Assembly (NCBI GenBank): GCA_963847445.1 | Contig: CAWJZV010000032.1 | Coordinates: forward strand, 1 to 34,527 | DNA length: 34,527 nt | Source: an uncultured delta proteobacterium | GTDB taxonomy: Bacteria > Desulfobacterota > Binatia > UBA9968 | Direction: 5' to 3' | In this document: positions 30,549 through 34,527 of the stretch, piece by piece | Layout: each line of letters opens with the position of its first letter | How positions within the stretch are numbered: position 1 is the stretch's first letter | The notes under the pieces: generated by a model | Databases searched by the model: none | What the model was told of the DNA's origin: nothing | Seen by the model: the letters and a program-made list of their open reading frames with translations, nothing else | Translations under genes and position numbers: made by a program

Positions 30549-31669
30549 ATGCGCTATCGAACGATTGGCACCACCGGTGTGAAAGTATCCGAGATCGGAT
30601 TTGGCTGCGGCAACAATGCTGTGCTCATGGTTAAAGCGCCCTACGACGAGCAGGTCAAAGTCGTCAGGCGCGCGTTGGACGCCGGTATCACATTCTTCGA
30701 CACCGCGTTCGCCTACGGCCTGGGCAAGTCGGAAGAGAACTTGGGGCGTATCCTCAAAGATCTTGGCGTGAACCCGGTGATCTCGACCAAGATCCGCCTC
30801 GAAGCCGACTGTGTGAGCGATATCAAAGCGGCGACCATCCGCGCCGTCGAGGCCGGGCTCGAACGGCTCGGCCGCGAGCGTGTCGATTTCGTCCAGTTGC
30901 ACACCCGCGTGACTCAGGCGCGCGGCATGGAGAAGCGTTTCAGCCTTACTCCCCAAGACGTGCTCGGCCCGGGCGGCGTCGATTGTATTGCGGTTTTAAA
31001 GCGATGCGCGGGCGCGGCAAGGTCGGCTTCTTCGGTTTCAGCGGTCTCGGCGAGACCCCGGCGCTGCACGAGTTGGTCGACAGCGGCGAGTTTCACGGCT
31101 TTCAATGCTACTACAATTTGCTCAATCCCAGCGCCGGCCAACCGGTGCCGAAGAATTTCAGCGCCCAGGACTACGGTTTGATCCTTGAACGTGCCGCCGC
31201 CAAAGGCATGGGCGCCTTCATCATCCGCGTACTAGCCGCCGGCGCGCTGACCGCTGATCCCAGCGCCGGCGGCGGCGGCAGCGGCCAGACGCTCTCGCCC
31301 GGATCCGACTATCCGCGCGATCTGCAACGCACCGAGAAAGTGAAAACCGCCCTCGGCGTCGCGGCAAAAGATTTGACTCAAGCCGCTATCCGTTTCGGCT
31401 TGATGCATCAGACGACTGCGGCGGTGCTGGTGGGGTTTTCCAATACGACCCATGTCGATGAGGCGGTGGCGTGTTCGGAAATGGCGGGGTTGACCGATGA
31501 GCAGATGGGGAAGATGAGAAAGCTGTGGGAGACGGATTTCAACGAACTAGTTAGTTTTTGCTCTGGGGAGATGCGCAATGGCTTTGTTCTTTCACTCCGA
31601 CGATGTCGATCAGCTGATTCCGATCAAAGAAGCGGTGCAGATCACGGAAGAGTGCGCTGCGCGATATGA
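30549..31669 (+). CDS. Aldo/keto reductase, frameshifted; true stop probably near 31555
   Basis: G.KVSEIGFGC, FDTAFAYG.G.SEE.LG, TKI, QLH and Q.YYNLL. Confidence 0.88.
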
Positions 31670-32696
31670 TATCGCCGTCTGGCGTCTGCGCGCCGCGCAA
31701 ACGGTTAAATCTGCATCGCAACGTCGGCCGAAGGGACGTTTCGACACGGTGTTAAACATTTATGCCGGCGGGTCGGCTAACTACGGCGCGGTCGGGGCGC
31801 AGGTGGCGCTGCATCGAAAGGCGATCGCCGGCAATACGCAGAAGCGGCCGCCGTTCAATCCAGATCAGACGGAGTTGGCGCTGATTTATGATTCCGACAC
31901 GGGTTCGCTGCTTGGCGTGATGGCGCATCGGCCGCGGGATTTTACCGGCGTGGCCGATCTGCGCACGCCGGCGACGAGCTTGGCGGGATTGGATCTGTTC
32001 GCGCGCAAGGACGCGCGGCGGGTCGGCATCTATGGCTCAGGACAGCAGGCTTGGGCGACATTCGCCGGCTTGTGCGAGATGCGCAAGATCGAGAGCGCCA
32101 AGGTTTTCAGCCCGACGCCGGCGCACCGCGAAGGCTTTGCCAGAAAGATCAGCGCCAAGACTGGCGTGGCGGTCAAGCCGGTGGACAAGCCGGAGTTGGC
32201 GGCGAAGGATGTCGACATCATTCTCTGCATGACCAACACCAACGTGCCGGTGCTCGACGGCTCGTGGCTGGAGGACGGGCAGTACATTATTTCGGTCATC
32301 GGCAGCAACATCGAGCTGGTCAAGAGCGGCAATCTCGCCGCGCCGCGCCGGGAGATCGACGACGGCACGCTCAAACGCTGCGACTTCATCGTCGCGCTGT
32401 CGAAAGCTCAGGCCATCGATTCCCAGCAGGGCGATATCTATTGGCCGGTGCAGGATGGCGTTATCACCTGGGACAAAGTCGTCGAGATCTCCGACGTGCT
32501 GGCCGGCAAAGTCAAAGGGCGAACCAACGACAAGCAAATCATTCTCTACAAGAATCAAGGCGGCCAAGGCATCGTCGATATCGCGCTGGCGAAAAAGTGT
32601 TACGATCTGGCGAAGCAACATGGTAAGGGCTACGAGATGCGCATCGAGCCGCGGCTCAACTGGTGGGTGCAAGGCGGGCGGGCGGAGACGTGGTAA
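31578..32696 (+). CDS. Ornithine cyclodeaminase / mu-crystallin family protein
   Basis: LYDSDTGSLL, LRTPATS, GIYGSGQQA, VFSPTPAHR, REID and GRT.DKQI.LYK; probable compensating indels at about 31650-31735. Confidence 0.85.
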   Translation: MALFFHSDDVDQLIPIKEAVQITEECAARYDIAVWRLRAAQTVKSASQRRPKGRFDTVLNIYAGGSANYGAVGAQVALHRKAIAGNTQKRPPFNPDQTELALIYDSDTGSLLGVMAHRPRDFTGVADLRTPATSLAGLDLFARKDARRVGIYGSGQQAWATFAGLCEMRKIESAKVFSPTPAHREGFARKISAKTGVAVKPVDKPELAAKDVDIILCMTNTNVPVLDGSWLEDGQYIISVIGSNIELVKSGNLAAPRREIDDGTLKRCDFIVALSKAQAIDSQQGDIYWPVQDGVITWDKVVEISDVLAGKVKGRTNDKQIILYKNQGGQGIVDIALAKKCYDLAKQHGKGYEMRIEPRLNWWVQGGRAETW

Positions 32697-32763
32697 GATT
32701 TACTGTTCAAGTGGTTCAAGCGTTCAAGGTTCGGAGAAAAGCAAGAAAGTTGAGGGGTGAAGG

Positions 32764-33833
32764 ATGAAATTGACGGATATAATTCGCTGGCGATTGGCAA
32801 TAGTCAGCGTTGGCGATGGTGCTGGTTAGCGCACTCTGGGCTGTTCGGGTCCGTGCGCAGGCCGAACCTTTCTACAAGGGCAAACAGATTCGCATTATCA
32901 CCGGGGCCACGGCGGGCGGGTTTTTACGACCGCTGGGCGCGGCTTTTAGCCCGGGCGATGCCCAAGTATATCCCGGGACAGCCCGATATCATCGTGCAGA
33001 ATATGCCGGGCGCGGGCTCGCTGGTGGCGCTCAATTATGTTTATGGCGTGGCTAAGCCCGATGGTCTTACCACGGTCATGCCCAACAGCAACGTCTATTT
33101 GGAGCAGCTATCGGGTCATAAAGAAGTGCGCTTCGATTTGCGCAAGTTCTCGATCATCGGCTCGCAAGAGAAGAACTATATGTTGCTCTATATGCGCGCG
33201 GACGCGCCGTACAAGACCATCGGCGACATCATCAAGGCCAAAGAGGCGCCCAAATGCGGCAGCACTGGCGTGGGCAGCGCCGGCTATGTTCTCGACCGGG
33301 TTTTGGACGTGGCTTTTGGCGCGAAGATCAACACGGTGATGGGTTATCCGGGCGGCAACGAGATCGATCTGGCGGTGGAGAAGGGCGAGATTCAATGCCG
33401 CGGCAATACGATCTTGCCACATTTCGGCCGCGAGCCGTTTGACACTTGGCACAAGAAAGGTTTCGATCGCCATTTCATTCAAACCGCGCGCAAACGCGAC
33501 CCGGTTGTGCGCCGAGGCGCCGACGATCTACGAGCTGATGGACCAATACAAAACCAGCTGAATCGAATCGCCGGCTCGCCAACGTCTTGCTCGGCGGCGC
33601 CGAGTTTGGCCGCTTTATGCTGGTCGCTCCGGGAACGCCGCCGGACCGAGTAAAGATGCTCCGGGAAGCTTACGCCAGGTCGATGAAGGACCCCGAGCTG
33701 ATCGCCGAAGCCAAGAAGGGGCGTATGGATATGGATCCTTCAACGCGGCGAGGAGCTGCAAGCGCTGCTGCAAGAGATCATGGACCAGCCACCCGATGTC
33801 ATCGAGCGAATGAAAAAAATCCTATCGGAGTGA
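32764..33833 (+). CDS. Bug/TctC-type extracytoplasmic solute receptor, frameshifted
   Basis: PFYKGKQIRII.G...GG.YD.WAR, IVQNMPGAGS, AKPDGLT, GYPGG.EIDLA.EKGE and PGTPPDRV..LR.A. Confidence 0.88.
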
Positions 33834-33876
33834 CAATGATCGTTAGGTTTCAAAGTTCGAAAGAAGCTCTGGGAGG

Positions 33877-34527
33877 ATGAAACGATGAGGCTCAGACTTG
33901 TCTGCTGTTGTTGGCCGTCAACTTATCGTGGCTGCTCCGTCCCACGGCCAAACTCCCTACTTCCAGGGAAAGACCGTGACCATCGTCGTCGGCACCGTCG
34001 CCGGCGATCTTTACGATCTCTACGCCCGCGCCATCGCGCTGTTTATGGGCAAGTACTTGCCGGGCAATCCCAACATCATCGTGCAAAACATGCCGGGCGC
34101 GGGCCATATGATCGCGGCCAATTATGTCTACAACGTCGCCAAGCCGGATGGTTTGACGATGGGAGCGATCAACGCGGGACTTTATTTCGAGCAGCTGATC
34201 GGACGGGCCGAAGTCAAGTTCGACTGGACGAAGTACAATTGGATCGGCAACGCGACCAAGTCGCCGCAGGTGCTCTACATGCGCGCGGACACGCCGTTCA
34301 AAACCATCGAAGACGTGCGCAACGCCAAAGAGCCGCCGAAATGCGGCACCACGGGCATGAGTAACATGGGCTACTTCGTGCCGAAACTGTTGGAAGAAAC
34401 CGTCGGCGCGAAATTCAACGTCGTTGCCGGCTACCAGGGCGGTAACGAGATCGATCTCGGCGTGGAGCGGGGCGAGATCCAGTGCCGGTCGCTCAGCACC
34501 GAGGCGTATTTTTCGCGCGAGCCATTT
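33877..34527 (+). CDS. Second Bug/TctC-type solute receptor (3' truncated by window; 5' frameshift)
   Basis: PYFQGKTVTIVVG..AGDLYDLYAR, IVQNMPGAG, AKPDGLT and GYQGGNEIDLGVERGE; paralogous to the upstream gene. Confidence 0.85.

Overview
GC-rich bacterial chromosomal window. The gene style resembles Binatota/deltaproteobacterial genomes; this is inferred, not tested. Many single-base frameshifts, mostly beyond 14.6 kb, look like long-read consensus errors. In order the window holds: a molybdo-hydroxylase large-subunit C-terminus and its 2Fe-2S subunit; a GAF histidine kinase whose phospho-His is replaced by Asn; a minus-strand run of bicupin, EutA-like ATPase, hydrolase pseudogene, GrdE-like protein and GrdB-like selenoprotein (in-frame UGA plus SECIS-like hairpin, non-canonical UxxGxxS motif); a ~3.5 kb decayed integron-cassette/toxin-antitoxin island with attC sites, no integrase and an IS91-family remnant ending in an attC-like palindrome; addB-addA plus a 3'-5' exonuclease; ggt; elaB/yqjD-yqjE-yqjK; a ZTP riboswitch leading aminotransferase-serA-purA; then HAD, aldo/keto reductase, ornithine cyclodeaminase-family and two Bug/TctC genes. 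Many intergenic gaps carry short-period repeats or REP-like hairpins. The strongest candidates for new biology are the atypical stand-alone Grd 'protein B' selenoenzyme beside the orphan cupin/EutA pair, and the IS91-end/attC arrangement.
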